NCBI GenBank assembly: GCA_000165345.1
Contig: CM000430.1
Span: 544,001 to 608,000 of the forward strand
Length of the DNA: 64,000 nucleotides
Direction: 5' to 3'
Below are positions 1-11,032 of this stretch, piece by piece (the stretch's first letter is position 1; each line of letters starts with the position of its first letter). Below the pieces are notes generated by a model. The model worked only from the letters and a program-made list of their open reading frames with translations, had not been told where the DNA came from and made no database searches. The position numbers were made by a program, and so were the translations under genes.

Positions 1-66
1 GCATACTGCTTTTCAGTGGAACTGTCTAGATGGGATTAGTTGTTAAAAAAAAAAGAAAACAAATAA

Positions 67-1359
67 ATGAGATCGAAAGGTAGTTCTATTAAAGAGAAAA
101 ATTCCGAATATACACCCAAGGATGATGGTGTATTGCTTCCAGAGAAAAGAAGCTTATTTAAAATATCTGATAATGGCGTTACAGTCCCTAGATTGGAGTT
201 GTTTTATGGGTATCTGAATATTCCATTGAGGTATATTTCACTTTTACTTCTTGCTTTGAAGGCAGTATGTGTAGTATTGTGTACAAGACTTAGTTTTAGA
301 TTTCCTGCAAAAGATGGACGTAATTATATTCCTTCAGTGGCAGTTGTTTGTTCAGAATTTATCAAACTAACAGTCTCGTTAGCCATGATTTTTATTACAA
401 CCGCAAAAAAAGATATTAGGGCTTTTCCAAAAGCACTATATTTGGAATTTGTGTCGGATAAGTTTGGTAACTTAATAGTTTTGATACCGGGGGTTCTATT
501 CCTTTTCCAAAATAACTTACTATATATTTCATTGAAAAGGCTTCCTGCAGCTCTTTATCAGGTCATGTATCAGCTGAAAATTCTTACAACTACATATTTT
601 AGCGTTCTAATTCTGAAGCGAAAACTTAGTTTAACTCGTTGGTTCGCATGTTTTTTGCTCATTTTTGGAGTTATAATGATCCCAAAGAAATCAAAACACT
701 CTTCTACAGAGCGTACTTCGGGGTTATCAGAGTTTATCATTGGTCTTTTTGCTGCTTTTACTTCTTCATTTACATCTGGGCTAGGGGCCGTAGTGCTTGA
801 AAAAGTACTTAAGGATACCGATGAACGCATTCACACAGGAAATGGTGAATTCCAGACTACAGTTTGGGGAAGAAATGTAATTCTTGCTTTAGTTGGAATA
901 ATTGGGGGAGTTCCATTAGCCTACTTTAGCTCCAAGGACCAAATAGCACAGTATGGAGTTTTTCAGGGTTTCTCTCCGTTCGTATTGTTGGTTATATGTT
1001 TGAATGCAGGAACAGGTTTCGTAGTAGTTGCAGTTTTAAAATACGCAGATGGAATCTTAAAGTGCTTCTGTAATGCACTTTCAATTGTATTAATTACGCT
1101 AATATCATGGCTATTTTTGGGAGACACAAAAATGACTCCTAGATTCGCGTTTGCAGCAACTATTGTTGTTTGCGCAGTGACAATTTACTCTTTAGACAAA
1201 GTAATTCCTCGGAAGTTTTATTCAACGGAATTGTTTAGTTCTAAACTTTCATCTAATAATACCGATACCTTTGATTCAGCTGAGAAAACTGAACAATTTA
1301 AAGGTCTAGAGAAAGATCCAGAAAATTCACTCTTAATTCAGCGAGATACGAAGACTTAA
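67..1359 (+). CDS. Nucleotide-sugar transporter (SLC35A / UDP-galactose-type transporter family), multi-pass membrane protein
   Basis: 430-aa ORF with ATG at 67. Multiple hydrophobic TM segments; conserved family block ...LFLFQNNLLYISLKRLPAALYQVMYQLKILTT...KRKLSLTRWFACFLLIFGV... recalled from nucleotide-sugar transporter family. Paralog of the next gene. Confidence 0.7.
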   Translation: MRSKGSSIKEKNSEYTPKDDGVLLPEKRSLFKISDNGVTVPRLELFYGYLNIPLRYISLLLLALKAVCVVLCTRLSFRFPAKDGRNYIPSVAVVCSEFIKLTVSLAMIFITTAKKDIRAFPKALYLEFVSDKFGNLIVLIPGVLFLFQNNLLYISLKRLPAALYQVMYQLKILTTTYFSVLILKRKLSLTRWFACFLLIFGVIMIPKKSKHSSTERTSGLSEFIIGLFAAFTSSFTSGLGAVVLEKVLKDTDERIHTGNGEFQTTVWGRNVILALVGIIGGVPLAYFSSKDQIAQYGVFQGFSPFVLLVICLNAGTGFVVVAVLKYADGILKCFCNALSIVLITLISWLFLGDTKMTPRFAFAATIVVCAVTIYSLDKVIPRKFYSTELFSSKLSSNNTDTFDSAEKTEQFKGLEKDPENSLLIQRDTKT

Positions 1360-1893
1360 ATATTTGACGGCCACTTACTTTCGTATATTTTTGACATTTT
1401 TCCAAGCCTAAATTATTAATATATGTATTTTTGTGAGATCGTAATGCCTAAAAACTACTTATTAGTAATTTGATAAGTTTCGTGATAATTTACGAATAAT
1501 TCATGCGTAATTAACATTGATGTTTGTAATTATTAAATAAGTCCTAGGCTCTACTGAAAGTATCTCTTATAAAAATTGATATATTTTCAAGTATTATTTT
1601 TCTCTTTAGAAAAATTCGATCTAGAATCCTGTGATTAATTGCTCAGATTCGTTTTGAATGCGCAATGATTTTAGTATAAACTATTTCGAAGAATATTTAA
1701 GTTGTAGTATTAAGATGTAACCTATCTACTTTATTAGCGCGTTAGTTGGAAATTCGAGTTGATTATTTTATGGTGCTTTAATTGGCGCAATAATGCGGCC
1801 TCGATGTGGGTAGTCTCATTTGAAGGTAACTAGATTTTACGTACAGGAATGGATAGAATTGGTGGACAAGTTGGGCCATCTTGAAGCTTTAGA

Positions 1894-3138
1894 ATGAAGG
1901 TTGAACAAAATGTGATAACAACTGAAGCAACCCGATTGCTAGAATGCGAAGCATTCAAAGAGAGAAAAATGTTTGAAATTTACTATTCCAACGGCCTTTA
2001 TTATTTGGCAATTTTCAAGGGAAGATATAACATTCAAATGAGATTTCTCACTCTAATTTTAATGTCGGTTCAGTGTATTTGCGTTGTATTATGCATGAAG
2101 TTGAGCGTTACTTATCCAGCAAGCGATGGAAAACAATACTTAACTCCAGTTGCTGTAGTTATGGTCGAAATTTTGAAATTACTTACTTCTCTGTTCATGA
2201 TTTTCCAGATTTCTGGTGGAAATTCGTTCAAGGAGTTTATTTATGCTTTAAAGTGCGAGTTTCTACATGATGTACGAGGAAATCTTCTAGTAGTTGTTCC
2301 AGGAATTTTATTCTTGTTCCAAAACAACCTTACATATATTGCAATTGAGAATCTCCCTGCTTCTATATACCAAGTAACTGCACAATTAAAGGTACTTACT
2401 ACTGCATTGTTCAGCGTTGTATTATTAAAAAGAAGTCTTAGCACTACTAGATGGTTTGCTTGTTTTTTGCTATTTGTTGGAGTATTATTGGTCCAAAAAA
2501 CCAATATTAGAAATAAAGGGAGTATTAATTCTTTCCAGCTCATGATTGGCTTTTTAGCATCAGTCACGTGCTCTATCACATCTGGTCTTGGATCTGTAAT
2601 TATCGAAAAGGTAGTAAAAGACCCGGATGACTCTAAGATTGTCTCTTCTGATATCGAAAACTCTACAAAACTAGATAATCTAATTGATGAAAGACCTAAC
2701 GATAGAGTTCAATATAAGTCTTCAGTTTGGGGTAGAAACGTCATTCTATCCCTTATTGGAATATTTGGAGGCACTCCTATCGCTTGGATTACATGTAAAG
2801 AAAAAATAATCAGAGATGGAGTTTTCCAGGGTTTCTCTTGGCTAACTATTTTAGTTATTTTTCTGAATGCGTACGGAGGTTTCATTGTAGTCGGCGTTCT
2901 TAAATACTCGGACAGTATTATGAAATGTTTTTTCAATGCTTTAACTATCGTTATCATTACCATATTGTCTTGGGCATTTATGGGTGATAATACGCCTTCG
3001 ATCAAGTTCTTCATTGCATCCACGATCGTAATTATAGCTATAAGCGTATACACTTTTAATAAAGTTTTCCCAGATTCGTTCTACACAAAGTTTTCAAGGC
3101 TCTTTAAATTCAAGAATAGAAATACAGAATCTCATTAA
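1894..3138 (+). CDS. Nucleotide-sugar transporter paralog (tandem duplicate of 67..1359)
   Basis: 414-aa ORF. Same conserved blocks as the upstream gene (GNLLVVVPGILFLFQNNLTYIAIENLPASIYQVTAQLKVLTT...TRWFACFLLFVGV). Same strand, 535-bp spacer. Confidence 0.7.
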   Translation: MKVEQNVITTEATRLLECEAFKERKMFEIYYSNGLYYLAIFKGRYNIQMRFLTLILMSVQCICVVLCMKLSVTYPASDGKQYLTPVAVVMVEILKLLTSLFMIFQISGGNSFKEFIYALKCEFLHDVRGNLLVVVPGILFLFQNNLTYIAIENLPASIYQVTAQLKVLTTALFSVVLLKRSLSTTRWFACFLLFVGVLLVQKTNIRNKGSINSFQLMIGFLASVTCSITSGLGSVIIEKVVKDPDDSKIVSSDIENSTKLDNLIDERPNDRVQYKSSVWGRNVILSLIGIFGGTPIAWITCKEKIIRDGVFQGFSWLTILVIFLNAYGGFIVVGVLKYSDSIMKCFFNALTIVIITILSWAFMGDNTPSIKFFIASTIVIIAISVYTFNKVFPDSFYTKFSRLFKFKNRNTESH

Positions 3139-3347
3139 CAGTTTTTCTTCGAATTTTCAATTATTCACATGTCTATTGCATTATTGCTAAAAGTGAAATA
3201 GTAAAACTTCTATCGAGACCTAGATGTTAATTTCATAAAACTTATAGTAATTGCCTATTTTTATGAATAATCTCACGTAAATATGAGAATAGACAACTTT
3301 TTTACAAAACAAATACGGAATTGATTAATTTAGTTTAACTAGGGCTT

Positions 3348-6300
3348 TTACGTCCCAACATTTTCGTTGAGAGAGGATTCGGTTCTATTGGATGTAGTCT
3401 TCGAGGGATTAGGAGCCTTAATTTGCTCAAAATCTCTAAATTTGAAAATCACGGTTCTCAATGCTATGGAAATGATGACATTAAGCATTAAGAAAAAAAC
3501 ACACCAAAAGGTAAGTTCAATTTTCCAAAATTTAGGGAAAATATTGTTATTGTATTGCCCGTAAAATGGTGAAGAAAGTTTAATCCAGTTATCTGGGAGC
3601 GATCTTGAAGTTTGATCGTCACAGTTAATTCTCAGAATACAACCTAATCGAGACGGCTCCATCCAGATGCAAAACAAAATGAAAAAATTCATAGTAATAT
3701 TCCATATAATTAGAAGAATATTGGTTTTCATTGGAATAAGAGAAGATGAACGTAGCCAAATTGGCCATACTTGGTTGACTAATTGGAAAGAAATGTAACA
3801 CCAGGACGAAGCGGCTTCAATATTATCTTGTCTAATGTGCCAAAGGTAAACCGGAATAGTTAAATTGTACCTGAAACAACGTTCGATTCCATGCTTTGGG
3901 AGAACGAAGTGAACTAGTCTGTTAGAAATGACAAAAAAACCTAGTAAAGAAATGAGCAGAGATAGAAAACTTGCAGTATAAAAAGTGTGGAATCCAACAT
4001 GGCTCTTAATGTTATATATCTGTTTATTAATCAGTGCTGATGGGCTTTCATTGTCAACCAATAACATATATTTATCGGAATTCACATCAATAGCATAAGT
4101 ATTTAGGTTTTTAATTCTTGTATTGACGCAATCTGAGTTACAAGTCTCAGGATAATGGCTGCTCGTAATATCATGCGAAGGATGATTTATAGTCGTATTC
4201 ACATTCTTTATTTTATATTCTTTTGGTCTGGAAAATGAAAACAACAATAGTGGAAGTAAAGTACAAAAAATATCAATGAAAAGCCATGCCATAGCAGGTA
4301 TCATTGCTTGAGATTGCCATAAGAGAAAGGTTTTGCATGTAACGAAGAATATTCCAAGCAAAACTATATGTTGATACATTGATACAAATGCAAAAACAAC
4401 GCCTCGAGACTCTATTACTAGTCTACAAACAGAATGTAAACCATATGGGAAAATCTCTGAAATAAATGGAGCAACAAGGCCATTACATTTAATTGTTTCT
4501 GTTATTAAAAGACCTGAGTTTGCTTTCTGTAGTGCAATAATGTCATTTGGACCATCACCAACCATAAGTACAGTCATTCCTAGCCTTTCAAGTAGTTCAA
4601 CCGCCATAGATTTCAGTTCAGGAGTAAATCTGGCAAAAATGGCAGTATTATAAATGATTTTTGAAAATATAGATAATTCAATTAGCTCATCTGGAGCTTT
4701 GCGTTTGTAGCCAGCATACGTTTCCAAATTAAGGATATTAATAAATAGTTTGAAAGCATCCGATGATAGTGCAATTTGAAATTTATCTTGAATAATTTGT
4801 TGAGGTATAATGCCCGATAATGCACGAATTTTGTTTTTATTTTTCAAAGAAAATTTGACTTTTCTTTTTGAATTTTCAATTTCCCAAACTAAATTATTCT
4901 CCAGGTCAATGTAACAGGAAGCAAATCTATTAAAAATCATACCAAGTTCTTTTGCAACAACGATTGCTGAATTAATATTGTCTCCCGTAATAATAGGGCA
5001 GTGAAAATTACCATTCTTCAGCAGCTTGAGAACTAATTTTGCTTCTGGCCTTATAGGAGAATGTAGCTGGGCTAACCCAAGAGGAATAAAAGATGAGCTT
5101 AAGTGCTTATAGGAAAGAGTATTATTGCTAGAATTAGCTTGATCATTTACCACTTTATAACAGTATCCAAGGATGTATGAACCTGCGACTTGGTTCTCGA
5201 GTATATCATTAGACCAGTCTCTGAAACTAGTTCCATCACTACAATCGTCATAATTGGTTGTTAATTCCACAATCTTCTCTGCTGCACCTTTCATAAAGAG
5301 CATAGATGTAGAGCGAATACAATACAAGTTTGAAGAAAGTTCAGATTCAATCGAATACTTCTTTATAGCTACACTTTGAGATCTTAGTGTTTCATCAAAC
5401 GGATATCTTTTCGTTATCTCGACTGCATCACAAACAGCAGAAATATATTCAAGTGAATTTTTTGGGTAAACATTGTCAAGCTGTTGAATGTCAAAGCTTG
5501 CCCCGTAGTCTAAAATTAGATGAGATTCAAGTTCTATAACCCTCTCAAGGAAAGTCTTTCTATTACATAAGGGAATAATAAAAAGCCTTTCAGAGCTAAA
5601 AGTAAATACTTTATAGCCACAAAAACCTGAGTAGTTATACAAACATTGTTCTAGTTTAGACCCAGAAGGGCAGCTGAAGGAGTTCTTTCTTGTTAACTGT
5701 AGTGGCCCTGCCTTTTCAAATATTAAATTATTACATGTAGCCATTGCCAAATGCATTAGATGGTCTCTTGTATTATTTCTAATTGGGTAGATATGTACAT
5801 TATTAATTGAAAACGTAGGGACAGTTAAAGTACCTGTCTTATCAAAACATATTGTATCTACAAGGAGCAGCTGATTTAATTTTTTGGGATTTGTTGTTAG
5901 AATATGTTCACTGTTTAGATACTTGATTGCATTGTTAAAGTACAAAGACATGGAAGAAGTAGACCAAAAAGGAATGATATAAATTATCGTCGAAACAATG
6001 AAAAATATCGAGCCGATCTCAAAAGATAAAGTATATGAATCGGTTAAAGCAATAAAAGTTCCGTATATGAAACACAAAATCCAAAGAGGTTCTGGAGTAA
6101 AATTCCAATTTCTTTTAATGCTTTTGTAAAGATCGCAATGCCTACCTAATGATGAGATTGATTCTGAAGTAAAGTCACGTCTTGAGTTCGATGTTAAGAG
6201 AGGAGGCAATCCTTCAGTAAATCCATGTTCGTCATTGGCGTTAGAATGGCCTGAGGTAAATGTTCCATGAAGTGTAGCTGATCCTGTTCTTGTTACCATA

Positions 6301-7652
6301 GCTAGCGTTATGCCAGTTGATGAAACTTCCAAAACTTGGCTGCCAGCATAAAGATGCCTAGAATTAGATAGCACGTCGCAGGCTAAGGAAAATTCAGAGG
6401 GAGCAATTTGAATTCCACCTGTCTTACATTGTGGAGTCGCTTCACCAGTAAGACATGATTCATCTACCACAACATTCCCATTAAGCAGTAATAAGTCAGC
6501 AGGGATCCGCATGGCCTTGTCTATGAAAATGACTGTACCAGGAAAAAGTTCTTTTGACAAAACAAAGGAGCTACCGGCATTTGAATATGAATGGGGCTTG
6601 TATGGCCCTGTAAGATATCTATAAATATCCCAGTCATGTTGAGTAAGCACTTTTTCTGTTTCAATATAATTACGTCTGGACTTAATAATTGACCAAGAAA
6701 TTGTATAAAATGTAATTATGGACCAACAAAGAGGCCAGACAATAAATGAATAAAAAAGCGCATCTAATAATGTCATAATACGAATAATGTTTAAAACTGA
6801 GGTAAACTCAGAAAAAATGAGTTTCCATAGTGAAAGAGGGTATGAGCCTAAGCTGTTAGTTCCAACAAATTCAAGAATTTTATCTTTATCATGGTTTCCA
6901 AAGGATTCAATAACTTGGTCCCTTACCTTTAGAAAGTCGGTATTTTCTACAGGAAAACTTTCAGCGGCTTTTCTGGACAAAATTTCTCTGGACCAAGTGA
7001 ATTCATTTTCATACCACCAGTATTTCTCTCTACGGTATTCAAAGTATCTATCAGTCTCTGTACCAAAAAAGTTGATTGGCTCGCTTCTTTTAATGATACG
7101 ACAGAGCTTAGTAACTGGAAATTTTTCCAAAACACGAATATAATAATTACCAAATAATTTGCACCATATGTTATTTTTTGAAAATCTACAAGATCCTGGG
7201 AAGCTGATAGAGATAAATTCGCAGTCAGAAAGATCCTCAGGTACTAGGAATATTTGTTCAAAAGATCCATATTTTGCTTTCAGTAATTTTAAAAAGACAA
7301 TACAAAATATAACAGTCAATAAACTTCTAGCATAAATTTTCACAGCTTCATGCCAATTAAACGAAGACTCAAATGTTTGTGTATACGATTTGTAAAACAT
7401 AATTGCTACTACAGAAACATGAAAAACGAATGGGTAAAAAATCAAAAAAAATATCTCAATTTGTCTGAGGAATTCTCCAAAAAAAGATTTTTTTAAACCA
7501 ACTATTTGGAATAACCCTGTTTTACCTTTGTTTACATGCTTTGTTCTAATTTGATAACAAATAGCCAACATTAAGTGAAACAACAAAACAGTTGAAATGA
7601 TAAAAAATCCACATTTTTGTAGATATAGTAACCACTCAAAGATATTATCCAT
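3348..7652 (-). CDS. P5-type cation-transporting P-type ATPase (Spf1/Ypk9/ATP13A-like), divergent
   Basis: 1434-aa ORF, ATG at 7652. Carries TGE (DESCLTGEATP), phosphorylation motif ICFDKTGTLT, TGDN, the hinge GDGPNDIIALQKANSGL and a downstream ...APF... segment recalled as typical of P5 ATPases. The long N-terminal extension also fits P5B. Confidence 0.7.
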   Translation of the reverse strand: MDNIFEWLLYLQKCGFFIISTVLLFHLMLAICYQIRTKHVNKGKTGLFQIVGLKKSFFGEFLRQIEIFFLIFYPFVFHVSVVAIMFYKSYTQTFESSFNWHEAVKIYARSLLTVIFCIVFLKLLKAKYGSFEQIFLVPEDLSDCEFISISFPGSCRFSKNNIWCKLFGNYYIRVLEKFPVTKLCRIIKRSEPINFFGTETDRYFEYRREKYWWYENEFTWSREILSRKAAESFPVENTDFLKVRDQVIESFGNHDKDKILEFVGTNSLGSYPLSLWKLIFSEFTSVLNIIRIMTLLDALFYSFIVWPLCWSIITFYTISWSIIKSRRNYIETEKVLTQHDWDIYRYLTGPYKPHSYSNAGSSFVLSKELFPGTVIFIDKAMRIPADLLLLNGNVVVDESCLTGEATPQCKTGGIQIAPSEFSLACDVLSNSRHLYAGSQVLEVSSTGITLAMVTRTGSATLHGTFTSGHSNANDEHGFTEGLPPLLTSNSRRDFTSESISSLGRHCDLYKSIKRNWNFTPEPLWILCFIYGTFIALTDSYTLSFEIGSIFFIVSTIIYIIPFWSTSSMSLYFNNAIKYLNSEHILTTNPKKLNQLLLVDTICFDKTGTLTVPTFSINNVHIYPIRNNTRDHLMHLAMATCNNLIFEKAGPLQLTRKNSFSCPSGSKLEQCLYNYSGFCGYKVFTFSSERLFIIPLCNRKTFLERVIELESHLILDYGASFDIQQLDNVYPKNSLEYISAVCDAVEITKRYPFDETLRSQSVAIKKYSIESELSSNLYCIRSTSMLFMKGAAEKIVELTTNYDDCSDGTSFRDWSNDILENQVAGSYILGYCYKVVNDQANSSNNTLSYKHLSSSFIPLGLAQLHSPIRPEAKLVLKLLKNGNFHCPIITGDNINSAIVVAKELGMIFNRFASCYIDLENNLVWEIENSKRKVKFSLKNKNKIRALSGIIPQQIIQDKFQIALSSDAFKLFINILNLETYAGYKRKAPDELIELSIFSKIIYNTAIFARFTPELKSMAVELLERLGMTVLMVGDGPNDIIALQKANSGLLITETIKCNGLVAPFISEIFPYGLHSVCRLVIESRGVVFAFVSMYQHIVLLGIFFVTCKTFLLWQSQAMIPAMAWLFIDIFCTLLPLLLFSFSRPKEYKIKNVNTTINHPSHDITSSHYPETCNSDCVNTRIKNLNTYAIDVNSDKYMLLVDNESPSALINKQIYNIKSHVGFHTFYTASFLSLLISLLGFFVISNRLVHFVLPKHGIERCFRYNLTIPVYLWHIRQDNIEAASSWCYISFQLVNQVWPIWLRSSSLIPMKTNILLIIWNITMNFFILFCIWMEPSRLGCILRINCDDQTSRSLPDNWIKLSSPFYGQYNNNIFPKFWKIELTFWCVFFLMLNVIISIALRTVIFKFRDFEQIKAPNPSKTTSNRTESSLNENVGT

Positions 7653-8240
7653 TTGTTATAAAACTACTCCCATAGTTAAAATATCTTGAAGGGGTTTTTG
7701 AACTTATACTATGTCTTAAGTAGTGTAAGCCGTTTCCAATAATTGAATAAAACTTGATATCGTTAAATAAAAAATAAGTATTCTTTAAAAATTATGGACA
7801 GAACTTTTTTTAAATAATAAAAGTATAATATTGAATATTAAAAAGTCAAAATTTCCATCTAATTTACTCTTAAGATGAATGATATTAATTAAAAGTTGTT
7901 CTAAATACAAGTATTTTCCAATTTGTATAAAAAATTGCGATTGCAACGATAATAAAGCTGGCGCCAAGCTGCTTATCCATAAAAAATTATTAAATGTAAA
8001 TATTGATACATAAGTTACCAGTTTAATGCTATTTTAAGTAAAACTTTTACATATTTGTAATTCTAAAGGTTTTTCTAAAAGAAAATTTGGTTTCAGAGAT
8101 TTGTCTGGACAGCTATTTATGTATTCTCATAGATATTTGCGCAGCTAAATACATATTACTTAATTTAGGTTAAGTAAATTAGAATACCATCATATTTAAG
8201 ATCTAACTAGAAAGTGGTTTTCGAGTCTTCTACACTGATT

Positions 8241-8852
8241 ATGGAGGACTATTCACGCGAATATAGTGAAGTTTTATTACAGTTGAAAGAATTACAAGAT
8301 TCAGAGGCATTTTTAGAACCAGTAAATTGGAAGAAGCTAGGACTTGATGATTATCCGGATATTGTAAAAAATCCAATGGATTTAAAAACTATTGGAAAGA
8401 AAATTAAGGCGAACTTTTATACAAAAGCTGAACAATTCTGGGCAGATATAGATTTAATTTGGCACAATTGTCAACTTTATAATCACGAATCTTCGGAAGT
8501 TTACCAACAGAGTATTAGGATGCAGGATGCGGCGAATAATCTAAGAGATATGTTATTTCCCTCAATTTCTAAGAAAATTAACAAGAGAAAGTACGAGTAC
8601 GATTCTCATACTGAATCAGAAGATGAAGACTCATCAAATATCTTAAAAAAAACATTATTATGCCAGAGGATGTCTAGACTTTCTCCAGAGCTTCTCGCTT
8701 TAGTAGTTAGGCATATTTATTCTCAAGATCAACAAATAATTCAGCATAGTGGCGAACATAAATTTTCGATAGACATAGATTTCATGAACAACCAGTTATT
8801 CTCTACTACTTCAGCGCTCACTAAGAGACTCTTAAGATTGCAATTATCCTAA
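8241..8852 (+). CDS. Small bromodomain-containing protein
   Basis: The ORF-track start at 8214 is GTG; the first ATG is at 8241 (MEDYSREY...). Bromodomain signature present: PVNWKKLGLDDYPDIVKNPMDLKTI...FWADIDLIWHNCQLYNHESSEVY, with the acetyl-lysine-binding Asn in YNHE. Confidence 0.6.
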   Translation: MEDYSREYSEVLLQLKELQDSEAFLEPVNWKKLGLDDYPDIVKNPMDLKTIGKKIKANFYTKAEQFWADIDLIWHNCQLYNHESSEVYQQSIRMQDAANNLRDMLFPSISKKINKRKYEYDSHTESEDEDSSNILKKTLLCQRMSRLSPELLALVVRHIYSQDQQIIQHSGEHKFSIDIDFMNNQLFSTTSALTKRLLRLQLS

Positions 8853-9405
8853 TATCTAAAGATGCAGAGTTCAAATGAAAATATATGCCAGAAACAATTA
8901 TTTATAGAATTTGAAAACAATTGTTTTGCATTTGCATTAAGGGATTGCACTTTATCCTGTTTGAAATTCCATATACACAAACCTAATTTAGAAAAGAAAC
9001 AATTAATTAAAATCTTAGACATTTTTTTTTTATTTTTAGTTCAAACTTGACAACTGAGCCTGCTGATATTGCATTTTCAACTTGAATCCCCATTTTTAGT
9101 CGATCGGTTTGTATGAGTTTTCTCTCTCGAAAGCGGTATTGAACTAGACAGTGGCGCAATACTTGTGTTATGTTTAGCAAATACCAGAATGTTGAAAAGT
9201 TAGACGGGAGTAAACGTACACTTTCACAGAAATTAGTGTCAAAGATATAGGCAAACAAAAGAAATTTATTTGCGAGGGGCAAATGGCTCCAAATCTTGGG
9301 TGGGGTAAGGCTGGCTAGGAATTCTCAAATTATATTTCTGTAAATTTAGAAAAAAAAGCTTCAAAAAGTACAAATATCAGTTTTATATTCAAGTAATAGC
9401 TAGAA

Positions 9406-10893
9406 ATGGTAGCTGTTGTATCAAGCGACTCTCACAAAGAGAGGCAGTCAAATCGTCCCAGGTTTATTACTCCTGTCTCAGCGGCTGAAAAAAGTATTCC
9501 TGTAGTTCCAGCTCCTGATGAAAAAACTTACAAAGAGACGACAGAGGCGATTCGACAAGTCCTCAATGAATGGAATATAAAGATAAGAGGACTAACAAAG
9601 ATGATAAATGATAGAAGCGTGGGGAGGGAAGCTTTCGATAGAAAAAAAAGTGAGTTCCAGGCAAAGCTAGATGAATATCAGAAATGTATTGAGAACCTTG
9701 AGGAGGAAAGGAAACTATGTATGGCTAAGATAAATGAAAAGTCTAAGGAGGGCCGTGAGATGAAGGCTAACCTTCAAAGCCTTAAAAAATCTGTAGGGTA
9801 TAAGTCAGAGGAGGAGATTGAGGCAAAAATTAAAGAGATTGAATATCAGTTGGTTACTTCCACGTTATCTCTCAAGGATGAGAAGAAGTTACTCTCACAA
9901 ATTTCTCAACTTAAACAAAGCCGTCCAATAGTTGGGAGGTTTGCACATATGGATGCAAGTGCCTCATCATTTGAGGAAAACTCAATCATCCCATTAAGAG
10001 CCAAGATTAGTTCAATTATAGAAGATCTCAACAAATTTCGCAAGCAAAAGAAGGAGGTATTTGATAAATTGCGTGCCCTTACAGCAGACAGACAAAAGGC
10101 TTTAGAACCACTTAGATCGCTTTATGATGAAAGGAGCGCAATGCAAAGTAAGGTAGAGGAACAACATACGAAACTTCGTCAATTGAGAGAGGAATACGAT
10201 CGTGAAATGAAGTTGTTTATGGAGTATCAAAGTAAATTGAGAGCTTTAAGATCAGAAAGAGTTAAAGAGGAAAAAATCTTAAGAGACCTCTATAGACAAC
10301 GTGATGATTTAAGGCTAGCATTAGAGCAAGAGGACGATCCTCCAATTTCTACTGAAATGCAACTTGTTCAACAGTCTCTAAGCTATATCCAGAAGCTTAT
10401 GGAATCCCATGGCGTTATTGACAAGACTTCACAATCCACAAAGGACAAAGCTACCTTAAGTGATGAGAGTAAGAATCTCTCTGCTTCTGCTATCAAAGGA
10501 CGTGACAAAGATGAGTCAGTACTCTTGCCAAAGAATCAGAGGAACGAAGAATATCTAATTCCTCCTAAGGGAAAGAAAAATAAGAGAAGACAGAACTCAT
10601 CTTCAAATAACTCTAGCTCAGCTCACAAGTCTCTAGTTGTAGACTTTGCCACAATTTCAACCTTTGAGAAAGTTGACTTGGATGTACCTATGACTACTGA
10701 TGACCTTCCTAAAGCTTATTCACTTTTATTGGAAAAACATCTTAAACTTAAAAGTGAATTTGACGAGAAATTTGCAAATCGCGAGAAGAGGAAGGAGGAG
10801 ATACTCAAGAAACTCGGTGATATAGAATTAAAAATCACTGAGGCTGGAGGGATTCTTGAAGACGCAGTTTCCTCTCCAAAGATTGAAGAATAA
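9406..10893 (+). CDS. BFR1: Bfr1-like coiled-coil protein (nuclear segregation / mRNP-associated protein family)
   Basis: 495 aa, K/E-rich coiled coil. Segmental similarity recalled to S. cerevisiae Bfr1, e.g. SLKDEKKLLSQISQLKQS and the C-terminal block VDFATISTFEKVDLDVPMTTDDL...LLLEKHLKLKSE. Confidence 0.5.
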   Translation: MVAVVSSDSHKERQSNRPRFITPVSAAEKSIPVVPAPDEKTYKETTEAIRQVLNEWNIKIRGLTKMINDRSVGREAFDRKKSEFQAKLDEYQKCIENLEEERKLCMAKINEKSKEGREMKANLQSLKKSVGYKSEEEIEAKIKEIEYQLVTSTLSLKDEKKLLSQISQLKQSRPIVGRFAHMDASASSFEENSIIPLRAKISSIIEDLNKFRKQKKEVFDKLRALTADRQKALEPLRSLYDERSAMQSKVEEQHTKLRQLREEYDREMKLFMEYQSKLRALRSERVKEEKILRDLYRQRDDLRLALEQEDDPPISTEMQLVQQSLSYIQKLMESHGVIDKTSQSTKDKATLSDESKNLSASAIKGRDKDESVLLPKNQRNEEYLIPPKGKKNKRRQNSSSNNSSSAHKSLVVDFATISTFEKVDLDVPMTTDDLPKAYSLLLEKHLKLKSEFDEKFANREKRKEEILKKLGDIELKITEAGGILEDAVSSPKIEE

Positions 10894-11032
10894 AGGGAGT
10901 GAGCTGTTTTCCATATTATGGAAAGACGGCCCTGTAGATGAGAAGACAAAACCTGCCAGTCCATAGTTTTAATTAAGGGTTTTGATATTCTCTAGCAGCA
11001 GTTTGATCTTAGGCAACTAATTTTAAGTATTT

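Noticed and set aside
570-830. 86-aa minus-strand ORF inside the first transporter gene. Similar small internal or antisense ORFs include 2241..2579, 2709..3053, 6787..7143, 14363..14620, 30091..30342, 33127..33438, 37835..38169, 43475..44362 and 57365..57955.
   Set aside because: Each is embedded in, and shorter than, a strongly supported long CDS on the other strand or frame. Chance ORFs of this size are expected in long coding regions.
9007-9282. 91-aa minus-strand ORF in the bromodomain to Bfr1 intergenic region. Its sequence (...gacagtggcgcaatacttg...) was briefly considered as a tRNA or snRNA candidate.
   Set aside because: No tRNA cloverleaf features (no GTGGNNTAGTGG D-loop or GTTCGANTC T-loop consensus). 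No U6 or U-snRNA hallmark. The ORF contains a T10 run and has no homology.
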